The notes below the pieces were generated by a model, which made no database searches, was not told the DNA's origin, and saw nothing but the letters and a program-made list of their open reading frames with translations. Below are positions 27,458-39,978 of a DNA stretch of 64,000 nt, one piece after another. The DNA lies in assembly GCA_033442325.1 (NCBI GenBank), contig JAWQFM010000004.1, positions 2,111,844 through 2,175,843 of the forward strand, given 5' to 3'. Made by a program: the position numbers and the translations under genes. The stretch comes from Salpingoeca rosetta. Its lineage: Eukaryota; Protista; Choanoflagellata. Every line of letters begins with the position of its first letter. The stretch's first letter is position 1.

Positions 27458-28380
27458 ATGGTGAAGAAGAAGAAGGGTGGAAAGAAGAGTGCCAAGGGTA
27501 GGAAGAGCGCAAAGGGGCGCAAGAAGAAGTCGGCCAAGTCCAAACCAGAGGTGCGTGCGAATGGAGTGCACAAACGATCGAGGAAGATGCTGCTGTGTTT
27601 TCATTTTGTGTGGTCATGTGAGTCAATGATGCTGCTATCATTCATTTTTGAGCCATTGATTGATTTGGGCGCCCCTCGTGCTGTGCTGTGCTATGCTGTG
27701 TGTAACGTGTTGCAGGAGCCACCGCCACTTCGCTGGCCTTGGGCGCACTTGACAGATTCATGGCTGCCCCGCAACCCGTACGCCTACGCGGCGGTGAGCA
27801 GACCTGCTTGTGTTTGTGTCTGTGTGCGTGCGTGTGTATGTGCGTGTCTGTGTGTGTGTGTGTGTTTGTGTGTATGTGCGTGTCTGCGTGTCTGTGTCTG
27901 TGTCTGTGTCCGTCTGTTTGTGTCTGCGTGTCTGTGTCTCTGTGAGGTCATGTGCATATGATATTCGGTACATCTCCGAAGAGCAAGCAAGCCACTGACG
28001 CGCAACAAATTGCTCCCTCCTTGCTTCCCTGCCTGCGTGCTTGCCTGCTTCAAGCTGCAACGCAAGTTCCGATCGCACTATCTGCACACGGAAGGGATTG
28101 TATGTACACAGGAAGAGTGGCGCCGGTCGCTGTTATTACACAGAGACCAATATGATGACCCAACGCAGGAGGCAATGGTGCAGGTGTGTTCATGGGTGTG
28201 TGCCTCCGTGCGAGTTCATTTCGTACATTGCCCGCCATCTCATTGTGTTTGTTTGATTGACACTTGGCACCAGCCCTCATGCTCACTGTCGCTTCGCTGC
28301 AGATGCTGGTTTGTATTCTGGCGGAGGAAGGCAACCGCAAAGACCCACCAGACAACTTTACCCTCTTTGCAGCCGCATTG

Positions 28381-28457
<77 letters not shown>

Positions 28458-28770
28458 GTTGGGTTGATGGATGTGTGTTCGTGAGTATCCTGTGTGTTGT
28501 TGTGTTTGTCTCTGGCTATTCCTTTGTTCAATCTACTGCTTCTTCTGCCTCAGTATGTGAGGTGCAACAACAACATCCATCACCACCTCGGACTGCGTGC
28601 CTGTGTGCTGCAGATTCAGACACAGCCCGGAGCACTTTGCGCGCATGTATGCGGAGATGAAGCGGTGGTTCGACCAAGTGGACGACAGCGCCGTTTTTGG
28701 CAAGATCACCGACTTTTTCGACCCGAGCAGACTGGTGCGGGTGTGTGTGTGTGGGTGTGTGTGTGGGTGT

Positions 28771-28815
<45 letters not shown>

Positions 28816-30096
28816 TGTGTGTCTGTGTGTGTCTGTGTCTCTGTGTCTCTGTGTGTGCGTGGGTGCGTGGATATGTGTGTGTGTGTGTGGGTGGGTGTGG
28901 GTGTGTGCGTGTGTGTCTGTGTCTGTGTGTGTTTGAATTTGCTGGCTCGTTGTGTCGAAGCCCACGTGTATCTCCTTCATTCTAGCAAGCACACTCACTC
29001 ACACGCACATACACACAAACAACCACACCCGCAACACACCCGCAACACAAAACACCACGTGTGCAGACGCGAGAGTACGACCACTTTCCCAAAGAAGAAG
29101 CGCGGCGGCTGATTGAGGAGGACAACACGATCACATATGGACTTCATCTCCTCTACACCGAAGAGCCAGAGGAGGTTGAAGGTGCGATGATGTTGTGTCT
29201 TGTGCTGTAACATGTGTGTGTCTGTCTGTGTGTGTGTCTGTGTCTGTACGTCTGTGTGTGTGTGTGTGTGTGGGTCTGTGTGTGGCGACATTGTGCGTGA
29301 ATGTATGTCTGTGTCTGTGTTTGTGTGTTTGCTGTTGCGGCATCGCATACAATGATGCGTTGTGCCATCGTTGTGATGGGACGTGCTTCCATCACTTCCA
29401 ATTTGCTAACCCTTGCCCCCCCCCACGTCACCAACCTCGCCCTCCTTCATCGTCCACACATGCATCCCCGTCCACAGACGTTGACTTTCACCTCTTTGAG
29501 CCGTTGGCGACGTATCTCGTGCAGAACAAGGTCTGTCTGTCTGCCCACGTATTGTAGCGTGGACGAGCGAGTGCCGGCTGTTGCTGATGGTTCTGCAGCG
29601 TTGCGCGCTTGCTTAACTGCACGCAAGCCCTTGCGGACTCGGTGCTGTGCCACACACTCACACGCATAGTCGTGTATTTGTAAAGTCACAAGCACGAGTA
29701 ACTACCTCACTCACTCACTCACTTACACATACACACACACGCTCACACCCACTCACACATACACACTCACGCATACACACTCACACCCACTCACACATGC
29801 ACACACACACACTCACTCACTCACTCACCCACACACACACTCACATGTTCAACCACACACGGGGCGCTCTCGCGTGCAGCTGCGACTGACGGACTTGTTT
29901 TTCCAGTTTGACAAGGACAAAGATGGCAGCTTGACCATGGATGAGATTGTGCGCGGCATTCAGGTTGGTGGCGAGTGATGGTATGTATGTGTGGAAGTGC
30001 GGGGAAAGGTGGGCAAAGAACATGAAGGAACAGCGCCATGAAGTGCAGTCTGGATACCGCGATCATCCGCACACACGCTCATTTACACTCACTCAC

Positions 30097-30150
<54 letters not shown>

Positions 30151-30795
30151 GCCAGTCGCGCGGCATTGAAATGACGGAGGAGGCGGTACAAGCGCTCGTG
30201 GACGACCTCGATGCAGATGGCGATGGTGTCGTGAAATACAAGGTGCTAAGGGCAGCAGCGGCATGGCTCGTTACGCACGCACGCACGCGCGCTCGCGTGT
30301 TTGTTTGTTTGTATGCATGTATGGATGGACGGATGCAGTGTCTGCTTCGTGCTGTGTATGTGTGTATGCGTGTCTACTTCAAACCCTTGTGCATGACGCA
30401 GCCTTGAGCTCACGATCATTTCCTCCGTGTGTATGTATGGGTGCATGCATGTGTGTCATCGCAGGAGATGAACGCTTCACGGTTTCATGCTACGTTGCAG
30501 CGACGCCAAGTGACACGGGTGAGAAGTTGCCACCTTACTGTGTGCGTGACTCGCCTTCTTGCATGATGGCCCTGACTGCGCAGCCAGCGTGTGGATGAAG
30601 CAGTTGCACATACACTTGCACTCGCTCACACACATACACACACACATGCACATATGTCTTGGTGCGATGCAGGCCCTGTCAGCACGCTCGCAGGCAGATG
30701 AGGAGACGATGAAGATTGTGGGACAAGTGTTGCGGATGTCATTTGACGACTTTTCGCTGCTTGTTCTCCATTCCCACTACGTCACTCGCCCTTGA
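27458..30795 (+). CDS. EF-hand calcium-binding protein with a Lys-rich N-terminus, multi-exon
   Basis: Starts MVKKKKGGKKSAKGRK. EF loops DKDKDGSLTMDE (about 29910) and DADGDGVVKYK|E (about 30210). Consistent GT-AG exon chain ending ...HYVTRP*. Confidence 0.82.
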
Positions 30796-32048
30796 CAACT
30801 TGAACCCGCGCACACACTCTCACACACTCACACATGCGAGCGCCTCTTTTTTCTTGTGGTGATGCGTTGTATCGACTGACGCGTGCGTGCGTACATTCAA
30901 TCACATACTGTGTTGCCTGGATGCTCATGTAATGTTGCTCGCATGTGCGATGCTCTTGTCACAATGCAGAGTGCGCTTGCGTTTTGTGTTTGTGTGTCTG
31001 TCACGTCACGACTCTCGAAGAGGTCACGTTCATTGTTGTTTCTCTATCCCACATTGACTGCATATTGTCCATATCACCATAAACGACAACTGTTGATGAT
31101 GTGCAAACGTTACATGACTTGAAACCCACTCGCCAGCAGAGTGGGTGGCTGTGTGTGTGATGAAGCTGTGACCGGACTCATCCCGTCAAGCGCAGTTCGA
31201 CAAGCGACCAAATGAGCGAACGAAACAAACAGCCGAATGGTTACAGCACAGGAATAACGTTGTGTGGGATACGCAGACAAATTTTGTACATGTCCTGTCG
31301 ACAGAAGGCCGTACGGTGGCTGTGATACTGCAGCAATGAGGCCGACAAGGGCAAAGACAGCAAAGATCTATGGCAGCGAGGATGGCAGACGAGGGTGATT
31401 GGCGTGGGTCTCAATTCTTCCTTGGTAACAGCGCGTTGTCAACGCATTCACGCACGCACACAAGTATATAAAGGTACGCACACACACACACACACAGAGC
31501 ACGCGCGTGGCAGCTTCTTTCTCAAGTGCGCGCACACACTCCCTTTCTCCTCGAACACTGCAGCACAAGCGCACACATCGCTCATTTTCCTTCCGCTGCG
31601 GAGTGACTCCATCCACGTTTGCGCTTCAGCGTCCTGCATCATCGCCCTCAACTGACGACATCAAGCTCAAGACTCCATCCCGTGTACCTTGACTGCCATC
31701 GCGTCCCCCAGTCGACAGCATCGACGCACGAGAGGCACGTCTTCGTCCTGCGTCGATTGTTGTTTCAACCACAACCTCCTCAGCACATACAATCACACTC
31801 TCCCCACGCCCAGGCAAGCCAACACGCCTGATCGACACACGCGCATTGCACCTTTTTGTCAAGGCTTGGCAGCGACAACACAAACTCTGCGTCGACACGG
31901 TGGACAGCAAGACGACGGCCCTTGCCTTCCTCGCTTCACGTGCTGGCTTGAACGCTGAACGCGCTGTATACACGGCCACAGGACGGTCGCATCAACGCCA
32001 TCCTCCTCTTCTCCGCTTCGTCCATCTGCATCATCTCAGGCTGCAGCC

Positions 32049-33806
32049 ATGCCTTCTGGGTCACCCCCTGCAAAACGCCCAGCCACTACTGCAAGAAGGA
32101 CGGACACATTGTCAGCCGACGCGCCCACGACGCCAAACGCACCCACAACGACGGTACATCGGCCACCCGCGACAGCAGATGCACATGCGTCTTCCACTAC
32201 AGCACGCACCCCTTCGTTGCCGACATACGTGCCTCCCACGACGGCACGTGCATTGCCCGCCGCAGCAGAGGCGTTGCTCGCCTTGGCAGGCGCTGCTCCG
32301 GCCACGTCAAATGCTGGTCTCGCCGTGACACCCACTGCTCCCGTTCCAGCACGCACTGCTCCCGTTCCAGTGCCCGCTACTCCCACAAGTACACGCGCTG
32401 CTCCCACAAGCACACGCGCTGTTCCCGTTCAAGCACCCGCTACTCCCACAAGCACACGCGCTGCTCCCACAAGCACACGCGCTGTTCCCGTTCAAGCACC
32501 CGCTACTCCCACAAGTACACGCGCTGCTCCCACAAGCACACGCGCTGCTCCCGTTCAAGCACCCGCTACTCCCACAAGTACGCGCGCTGCTCCCACACGC
32601 GCTGCTCCCGTTCCAGCACGCACTGCTCCCGTTCAAGCACGCGCTGCTCCCGCCATGGCGAACGCACCTCCTGCTACAACTACCTCAGGAGCACCTGCCT
32701 CAGCCTCTCCCGCAGCTGGCAACAATGGCGTGCCGGAAGCTGAGCTGCAGGCACTTGGGCAGGAAATGCTGACATGCCGGGACCGAGCAGGAATAGAAGC
32801 GCTACAGCGCCAAGTGCTCGCGGCCGGAAAGCGTGTTCTGATCGCTCGGTTTGGGGGCCTTGATGGGGGCGCAGGCTGGCGCAAGGAGATATCACCGATC
32901 ATCACGGCGTACGTCAAGCAGCGCCCACGACTAGGCAGCCTGCTGCTTGCAGTGGCTCTGAAAAGCAAGGTGCTGCAGCCCGACGACATCGAGCCTGATG
33001 CGCTTCAGGCCCTCTTCAGTATGATGAGCGACCGGCAAGTTGACGTGACCACGCGCAGACATATGGCATATGCAGCCGACGAGGTCGCCAGCCAGGCACC
33101 GCCTTTGCTGCTGAATGCAGTGCTGAAGGACGGTGACCTGCAGGAGCTGGTGGTGGAAGCACTGCTTCACCACGCAAATTCTGTCACGTGCGGCTTCCTC
33201 TTTGACGTGTGCCTCTTTGTGTTCAACGTGTGCAGGGCGGTATGCGGCTTTGAGTCGACAGGTGCACGCCGCTGGTTTCGTGACCTGCCATTTACTCTGA
33301 AACTCGCTGGTTACAGGGCCCAGGACAACGATGTCATTGTGACGGCTGTGATGCTCCTGGTCCGAGCTGCGGTGGAGTTCATGGATGCAGTCGCGGATGT
33401 GCCGGATCACCTCGCCAAACTTTTGGTGCAACACAGTGGCTGGACAAGACCGCGCTCAGTCTCCAACCTATTGTCCGCGATAGTCTTGGCGCAGATGCTG
33501 CTCAAGTTGTCGGATGTCAGCGAAGCAGATGCAAGGGCTTTCCTTTCCAGACTTGCTGCGTTCACCCCATCACAGCATGCCCGCCAAATTATGTTGGTGG
33601 TCCAGCACGTGCACGCGGCCACATCCCCGCAAGACGTACAGCCTCTATTTGGCATGCTGGCTTTGCAGTTTGCAGCCATGTCAAAGCAGCAGACGTCACA
33701 GTTTCTGCTCTGCCGCAGTTACCCTCACGTACGACAGCTAATCGCAGCACTGCAGCAGCAAGACACCTGGCCACCGCTCGTGATGTGGCTGTCTGGCTTG
33801 CTCTGA
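32049..33806 (+). CDS. Pro/Thr/Ala-rich repeats followed by a helical (ARM/HEAT-like) region, part 1
   Basis: 585-aa open frame with a Leu/Ala-rich helical pattern. Probably joined to the next ORF; upstream exons are possible but unresolved. Confidence 0.6.
   Translation: MPSGSPPAKRPATTARRTDTLSADAPTTPNAPTTTVHRPPATADAHASSTTARTPSLPTYVPPTTARALPAAAEALLALAGAAPATSNAGLAVTPTAPVPARTAPVPVPATPTSTRAAPTSTRAVPVQAPATPTSTRAAPTSTRAVPVQAPATPTSTRAAPTSTRAAPVQAPATPTSTRAAPTRAAPVPARTAPVQARAAPAMANAPPATTTSGAPASASPAAGNNGVPEAELQALGQEMLTCRDRAGIEALQRQVLAAGKRVLIARFGGLDGGAGWRKEISPIITAYVKQRPRLGSLLLAVALKSKVLQPDDIEPDALQALFSMMSDRQVDVTTRRHMAYAADEVASQAPPLLLNAVLKDGDLQELVVEALLHHANSVTCGFLFDVCLFVFNVCRAVCGFESTGARRWFRDLPFTLKLAGYRAQDNDVIVTAVMLLVRAAVEFMDAVADVPDHLAKLLVQHSGWTRPRSVSNLLSAIVLAQMLLKLSDVSEADARAFLSRLAAFTPSQHARQIMLVVQHVHAATSPQDVQPLFGMLALQFAAMSKQQTSQFLLCRSYPHVRQLIAALQQQDTWPPLVMWLSGLL
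32370..32620 (+). repeat. 63-bp coding minisatellite (VQAPATPTSTRAAPTSTRAVP), about 4 copies
   Basis: cccgctactccc recurs at 32373, 32436, 32499 and 32562. Confidence 0.9.
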
Positions 33807-35344
33807 AGGACATGGTGCTGGGTCAGCGACTCGTCGACGCTGATCTTCGACGTTTGGCCGTCCAAGCCGGCTCGCGCTACCTGCTCGCACAGGACGCACC
33901 AGGCTGCGACACCGATGCGACTCTGCTGTTGCTTGCCGACGTGACGCCAGAAGCGGACGTGGACAACATGGTTCGCACGCGGGTGACGCGAATCGAAGCG
34001 GTGCTGACGAACACCGACGGAGACCGGGAAGCAGGCGGAGGCATGGCCGCAGCGGTCGACGATATGCTGCTTCTGCTCCGTGACCTGGTTGCGTGCTCAT
34101 CACATCTGTCATACGAGGTGGCATGCGCGACCGTCGACGTCTTGTGGACGGCTGCCCAGCTGCATGCGCAGGCGAGTGAGCTCATGGTGTTGGCGGTGCG
34201 TGGCCTGACGTACCTGGCGAAGTCCAGCACACACGTCGCAGAGCGCATGAGGCATCGCGATGTGGTGGCGGGTGCACTGGCTGCCGCTCGGCGAGGAGTC
34301 TCCCAGAACACACTGCAAGGCAAAGCCATGCTGGCACATGCCCTGGGGCTGGTGTCGGCCATCTGCGCGTCTGATCCCGCCCACTACGCCTCCATGCTCG
34401 ACTGTCATGAGGGTGCTAGTGGTGTTGGGATGCTCCTTCAGATTGCACGCAATGACACGGGAAAGTGCTGGGCCAGCGCACTTGGGTTGCTGAAGGACCT
34501 GCTGTACACGCCTGCGAGAGCAGAGGTGCTCCGCGTGCATCGCCGGATGTGTCTGGAGGCCATGCTTGCTATTGTGTCGAGCAAACGCGTCACGCCCAAG
34601 ATGACCATCCAGCAGGATACGCGCATCGGAGCAAAGCATCTGTCACCAGCATCCTACATCGCCGACATCCTCACGGAGCTGCTGCTGAGCGTGGATGAGG
34701 AGGAGAAGGAGAAGAAGGAGGAGGAGGAGAAGAAGGAGAAGAGCGGAGATGAGCGTCTCGCCAGGGAGAACACAACTCATGTGGTGGAGGTTGCTGTCTC
34801 CCGCCCCTTGCTTGCGCTGCTCGTGCATCGTGCTCGTGAGATGAGGCTTTTGGGCGCTGGTACGCAACGCACGGCTCGCGTACTCCGCGCACTGGAGATC
34901 CTGGTGGGCATGCGCGGAAATGCGCTCGAGTTTGTGTGGGGCACACCCGACGCGGCTGGACCCGGGGATGCGCCGGCGAATGGGCCTCAAGACAGCGACA
35001 GTGACTGCTTTGGCGACTTGCTCGACGAACTCGCGGAGTGTTTGGCCTCAGAAGGACAGACGCATACCGTTGCGTGGTGTCGCTTAATGGGTGTGGTCAT
35101 GCGCACGATGGAATCGAATCTGGAGCCCCTACGACTGGCACTGCGACGGCATGTCAGCCGCAACGCTGAGCGGTTTGCCAGTTCGACTCGGGGGTCTGGG
35201 ATGAAGTTCCTGCTCAGCGTGTTCAAGGACGCACTCAAGCGCTGCGGCTGTCGCACCTACGACAACGATGCCGTGGTGGTTGACACGCGCGCTCGCCTCC
35301 AGGCACTGATCAAGGACCTGACCCAGGAGGTCCGGCGGTCGTAG
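33785..35344 (+). CDS. ARM/HEAT-like helical protein, part 2
   Basis: 519-aa open frame overlapping part 1 by 22 nt. ARM-like segments such as LAVRGLTYLAKSS, ALGLVSAIC and ALGLLKDLL. Confidence 0.6.
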   Translation: MAVWLALKDMVLGQRLVDADLRRLAVQAGSRYLLAQDAPGCDTDATLLLLADVTPEADVDNMVRTRVTRIEAVLTNTDGDREAGGGMAAAVDDMLLLLRDLVACSSHLSYEVACATVDVLWTAAQLHAQASELMVLAVRGLTYLAKSSTHVAERMRHRDVVAGALAAARRGVSQNTLQGKAMLAHALGLVSAICASDPAHYASMLDCHEGASGVGMLLQIARNDTGKCWASALGLLKDLLYTPARAEVLRVHRRMCLEAMLAIVSSKRVTPKMTIQQDTRIGAKHLSPASYIADILTELLLSVDEEEKEKKEEEEKKEKSGDERLARENTTHVVEVAVSRPLLALLVHRAREMRLLGAGTQRTARVLRALEILVGMRGNALEFVWGTPDAAGPGDAPANGPQDSDSDCFGDLLDELAECLASEGQTHTVAWCRLMGVVMRTMESNLEPLRLALRRHVSRNAERFASSTRGSGMKFLLSVFKDALKRCGCRTYDNDAVVVDTRARLQALIKDLTQEVRRS

Positions 35345-35518
35345 CGACGAGGGAGGGGAGGGAGAGGAGGAAGGGGAGGAAGGGGAGGAAGGGGAGGAAG
35401 GGGAGGAAGGGGAGGATGATTGGTGGTGGTGTGAAGTGGGGGAGAGGGGGAGGGTGCAGTGTAGTGTGCTGTGGTGTGTGTGTGTGTGCTGTGTGTGTGT
35501 GTGTGTGTGTGTGTGGAG

Positions 35519-35597
<79 letters not shown>

Positions 35598-35862
35598 GAC
35601 AGGAGGTGTGTGGAGGTGTGTGTGGAGGTGTGTGGAGGTGTGTGTGGAGGTGTGTGTGGAGGTGTGTTGTTGAGGGGCAGGTGCAGAATAAACGCTCTCT
35701 GAAACACATCCAAAGTGACAGCACGTTCAATCGTTCAAGGTGTGACGTAGGATACAGGAAGAGACACCAAAGGCCAAGCAAGCAATGCAGCACAGCAGCA
35801 TGTGCAAGAAGCACATGTACAGTGCCTCAGTGCACCAACGAAAAAAGAAAAAAAGAAACGTG

Positions 35863-35937
35863 AGCCTCCAGCGGGGCTCGAACCCGCGACCCTGAGATTA
35901 AGAGTCTCATGCTCTAACCAAACTGAGCTATGGAGGC
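35863..35937 (-). tRNA. tRNA-Lys (anticodon CTT), copy 1
   Basis: Cloverleaf with acceptor stem GCCTCCA/TGGAGGC, anticodon arm TGAGA-CTCTTAA-TCTCA and T-loop TTCGAGC; oligo-T Pol III terminator downstream. Confidence 0.97.
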
Positions 35938-36620
35938 TGGAACTGATCCAATTTTGGATGGGATCACAGGGCAAAATTTGCTCTCTTGATTCAGGAAGGG
36001 ACTCGTTGTGTGCTTCGAGCGCTGACCTTGCTTGCTGCCTTTCTGACTGTCTCTGACTTACCGAGCAAAACAGAGCGACAGAGAGGCAAGGACACACTGT
36101 TGCACCCTACCTCTACCTGTTGCACGGTGTAGGGATCTGAGAGCAGGGAGAAGGTAAATGGTTGGAACAACACTGCCCTGCCTGTGTTTCGTGATGATGA
36201 TGGACCTTTCTGTGCGATCTTGAATAACATTGAAGCATTGAACTCTTCTACCTTTTGCTTACTTTAGTTTATTCTGCTTTGTTTTCTGGGAGTGTGTCTT
36301 CTTTTCTTTGGAAACGAGACAGGTGGAGGGAGATGAGAGGCTACTGAACCAGTCTGGGCCGTGTATTGTAACACTAGAAGTAACGAAGCGAGAGAGTGTT
36401 GTTATGGTTGAGTGATGAATGAAGAAAAGATCTAAAGATGGTGCTGTTGTGAGCGCTGAACTGAGATGGCTGGAGTCGCACGGACCTCTTGGGGATTAGG
36501 AGAGTGGCTAGCACACCAGAACAGCAGGTGTAGAGGTGTGGGGCAAGGACACAGCAATAATGCTTTGCACGAACAAGGGAGGGGAAAAAAAAGGTGCCTC
36601 CGAAAAAAATAGTGAACGCG

Positions 36621-36695
36621 AGCCTCCAGCGGGGCTCGAACCCGCGACCCTGAGATTAAGAGTCTCATGCTCTAACCAAACTGAGCTATGGAGGC
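36621..36695 (-). tRNA. tRNA-Lys (CTT), copy 2
   Basis: Identical 75-nt sequence; T-run terminator at about 36603-36609. Confidence 0.97.
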
Positions 36696-37061
36696 ATTTC
36701 TTGTTGTGGCGGAGAGAGAGAAAGTGACAATTACAACCATGGCTGGATGCTGCTGGCGAACAAGACGAACGCAGCAAGCACTTGAGCACTGTCGTCACAC
36801 TGTGATTGCACACTCACTGGAGCAAACAAACAGGCGGACGGTACAAGAACCATGACATGCACAACGGCGCGCTTTGACTACATAAGGCGTGAATAGAATA
36901 CAAATACGAGGCAAACAACCAAAATGGGGCAGGGGGGGGGGGATTCGAAACGACAAGAATCAGACGATAGAACGACAGCAGAGCACGACTAGAATGACAT
37001 CCACACAGCAAACGGAAGTCCGGCCAGCTCCAGAGTAGAGGCACCTCTGCACCTAGGCACG

Positions 37062-37463
37062 TCATGCGCTACTGCTGCTTTCGATGCTGTGCTGCTGCTC
37101 TTGGTGGTGCTTCTTGGCCAAGCGGATCAGCTTGTTGGCCTTGCCCATCGTCACGCCAGCATCCGTCAGCACTTGTACTGTCAGCATCTCGCCAACAACC
37201 AACTCAACCAAGTCATCGAGCGTGTCAATGTCGTGCTCAGCAAGGGCTGGTGCAACCTGCGGTAACAGCGAGTGGTGGTCGAGCCACGCTTGCAGCTTTG
37301 GCTCAAACGAAGAAACAGCGGTCGTTGTGGCCGTGCTGGAAGGCAGAACGGACGGTGACGATGACGACATGGGTGGTGCGGTTTGCGGCTGGCGTTGTTG
37401 ACAGCCATGGTTGCTGTTGCTGTTGCTGTTATGGTTGCTGTGATGATTGCTGCTGCTGTTATG

Positions 37464-37521
<58 letters not shown>

Positions 37522-39927
37522 TTGCTGCTGCTGTTGCATGCGGCAACAGCTTTACGCACACGCTCTGCGATTCTTGACGCATCCATTGCTCGGTCAACCT
37601 CGTACTGGAAGGATGTGATCCCATCCATGTCAAACAGCGACAGCACCACTTCGCGCACAGTCTTGTGCTGCTGTGGTGGCGGCAGGTGCAGCACCCGTGC
37701 AAAGTACTGGTCCAGCGCTGCTATGATCTTTCTGTTCACCACATCTGGCAGTGTCATTGCCAGCCGCTTCATGCGGTCAAACGAATCGTACTCGCTCGCC
37801 GACGCCACACTCAAGGAGTGGCTGTTGCTGTCGTGCCAGCCACTGCCGAGGAAGAGTGGAATGATGCGGCAAAGACGGATCTTGTGTGGGTGCTCGTGAG
37901 CCAGCTGCTGCAGCTCAAGCACTGCCATCCACTCCAACAGCACGTTGTCGCATTTGTCAAGATGATCAAGTGAGCGCATCTTGTGGATTGCAGCAACAGA
38001 GACGACGGGGCAGGTGACAGTGCTGTTTTGCAGGGCTGTCATGCATGCACGCTTGAAGTTGACGCCGGTCTCCAAATTGTTGGTGTCCACAAAGGTCACC
38101 AAGCCATGGCGCTCCAACTTTGGGTGCAATGTCATCACCAAACCTCGGTTGCCGCGTTGCCTGTGACGTGGTGGTGAATGTCGAAATCAGAAAGGAAGAG
38201 AGCGGGAAGCAAAGACACTCAGTTCGCACCGTACACTCATGCACACACACATGTCCTACCTGTAGCTGATGAAGACGTCGTACTCGTTCTGAAGACCGAG
38301 AACGGGCAGGAGGGGGCCATACTTGGCGACCAGATCCCCTGGTGACAGCAGCTGTGAGCGGCCAACGCGAAGCGCTTTCTTGTTCATGTGGTGGGTGTGC
38401 ACGTCCTCGAAGAACAGCAGTCTGGTGTCATTGAATGGCAGCAACAACGTGGCCTTGAGCTCGGGGTAGCGCTGCGTGACAGCTGTTGTGATGGTGTCGT
38501 ACAGCATGTGCAGTAGCGTGCGAGGACGTGCAGTCATGATCTTGATCTTGATGCCACCAACAGCGGGCACAAGTTGCAGCTCTATCTCCGCCACGTCCGA
38601 GAAGATCACGGCGTGCGTGCGGCTCAACATGGGTAATTCGGTTGCACCGTATTGCATGTGTGCCAACACGCATGCCAGAACCATCGGGAACAGGCCCTCT
38701 GGCAGGAACGACGCGTGCTGTGCATCCTCAACTCGTACGCTTGCTCCCTTCTTGAACTCATTCAAGCTGAAAGCCATGTAGGTTGTCTTCTCCTCGTGCC
38801 CAACATATGGGTTGACCTGCTGCGCTGCTGTCGTACTCAGCGACACGGATGCGATCGTGCTGCTGCGGTGCCGGATCGTCATCGGCAGGATGGCTGGAAC
38901 CAGGTACTGCTGCTGGTGGTGGTGTGTGTCATCGCTGTCGCCCATATCCTCATTGTCATTGGCAGAGTTCGCACGTGCAAACGCTATGTGACTGTCAATC
39001 AGCTTGGGTGGAGAGTAGTGGACGCACAGCCCGTACTGCATCATGAGGCGAAGGAACGGCATCACTAAGTTGCTGTCCACGTCTCTCCACAACACATCAA
39101 GTAGACGACGGTGCAAAATCCCCCCATGAATCAGATCTTTCCAAAGCTGTACATGCACACCCCTCGCCTCTTGGTCTCTCAGGTCCGCGTGCAGGTCAAA
39201 GTTGCGCATGACGCGCGTCATCGTGTCCACCGCCCACTGCGGACTCAGGATCACATAATCCTCCATGCCTGGCACGTGGTCGTAGTACAACACCATTGAG
39301 TACAGGTGCAGGAACTGGAGGCACGCCCTTGTTTTGTCACGTGTGCGTAGCCCACACGTGCGCGCAATATCCACCACCTCGTCAAACGTGAGCAGCGGTC
39401 GCTTTTCGTCGCGGGCAATGGTGTTGAGCTTGTCGAAGAGGTGGAGGTATGGCACAGCCACTTCCTGGCTCACGTACTCCTGTGCCAGTGCTGTGGAGGA
39501 GATGGTCTGGCGCAGGTCCTGGATCATGGGGTCGTGGATGGACTTGGTGTTGTCGACGGGCCAGAACCACAGCTTGTGGTTGCTGTTGTACACAACAGAA
39601 GCAAATGAAGGGTGTCTGCTGATAAGCTGGAACACGTCGTGTGATATGGTCTCGTGCTGCTTCCGCTCGGTGATCTTGTCAGCAAAGGTGCCGATGATGA
39701 GGACGGGTGCACCCTTGGCGTGGAGGTGGAGGGAGGAGAGCCAATATTCAATAAACTCCCACGTCTCTGTCCGCTTGCTCTCATCTTGATACAGCACGTC
39801 CTCCATCGAGAATACCAGCAGATACACCGCGTACCTGGTGTGAGGGATGTGGGATGTGGGGGAAGGTGAGGGCGGGCTGAGTGGGTGAAGGAAAGTATGT
39901 TGGTGGAGGGCAGCGGTGGACAGCACG

Positions 39928-39978
<51 letters not shown>

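Noticed and set aside
31300-32048. Possible upstream exons of the ARM-like gene (e.g. KPTRLIDTRALHLFVKAWQRQHKL)
   Set aside because: No consistent splice chain into the 32049 frame could be built.
32370-32620. Regularly spaced repeats resembling a CRISPR array
   Set aside because: In-frame coding minisatellite with no unique spacers, no cas genes and a eukaryotic context.
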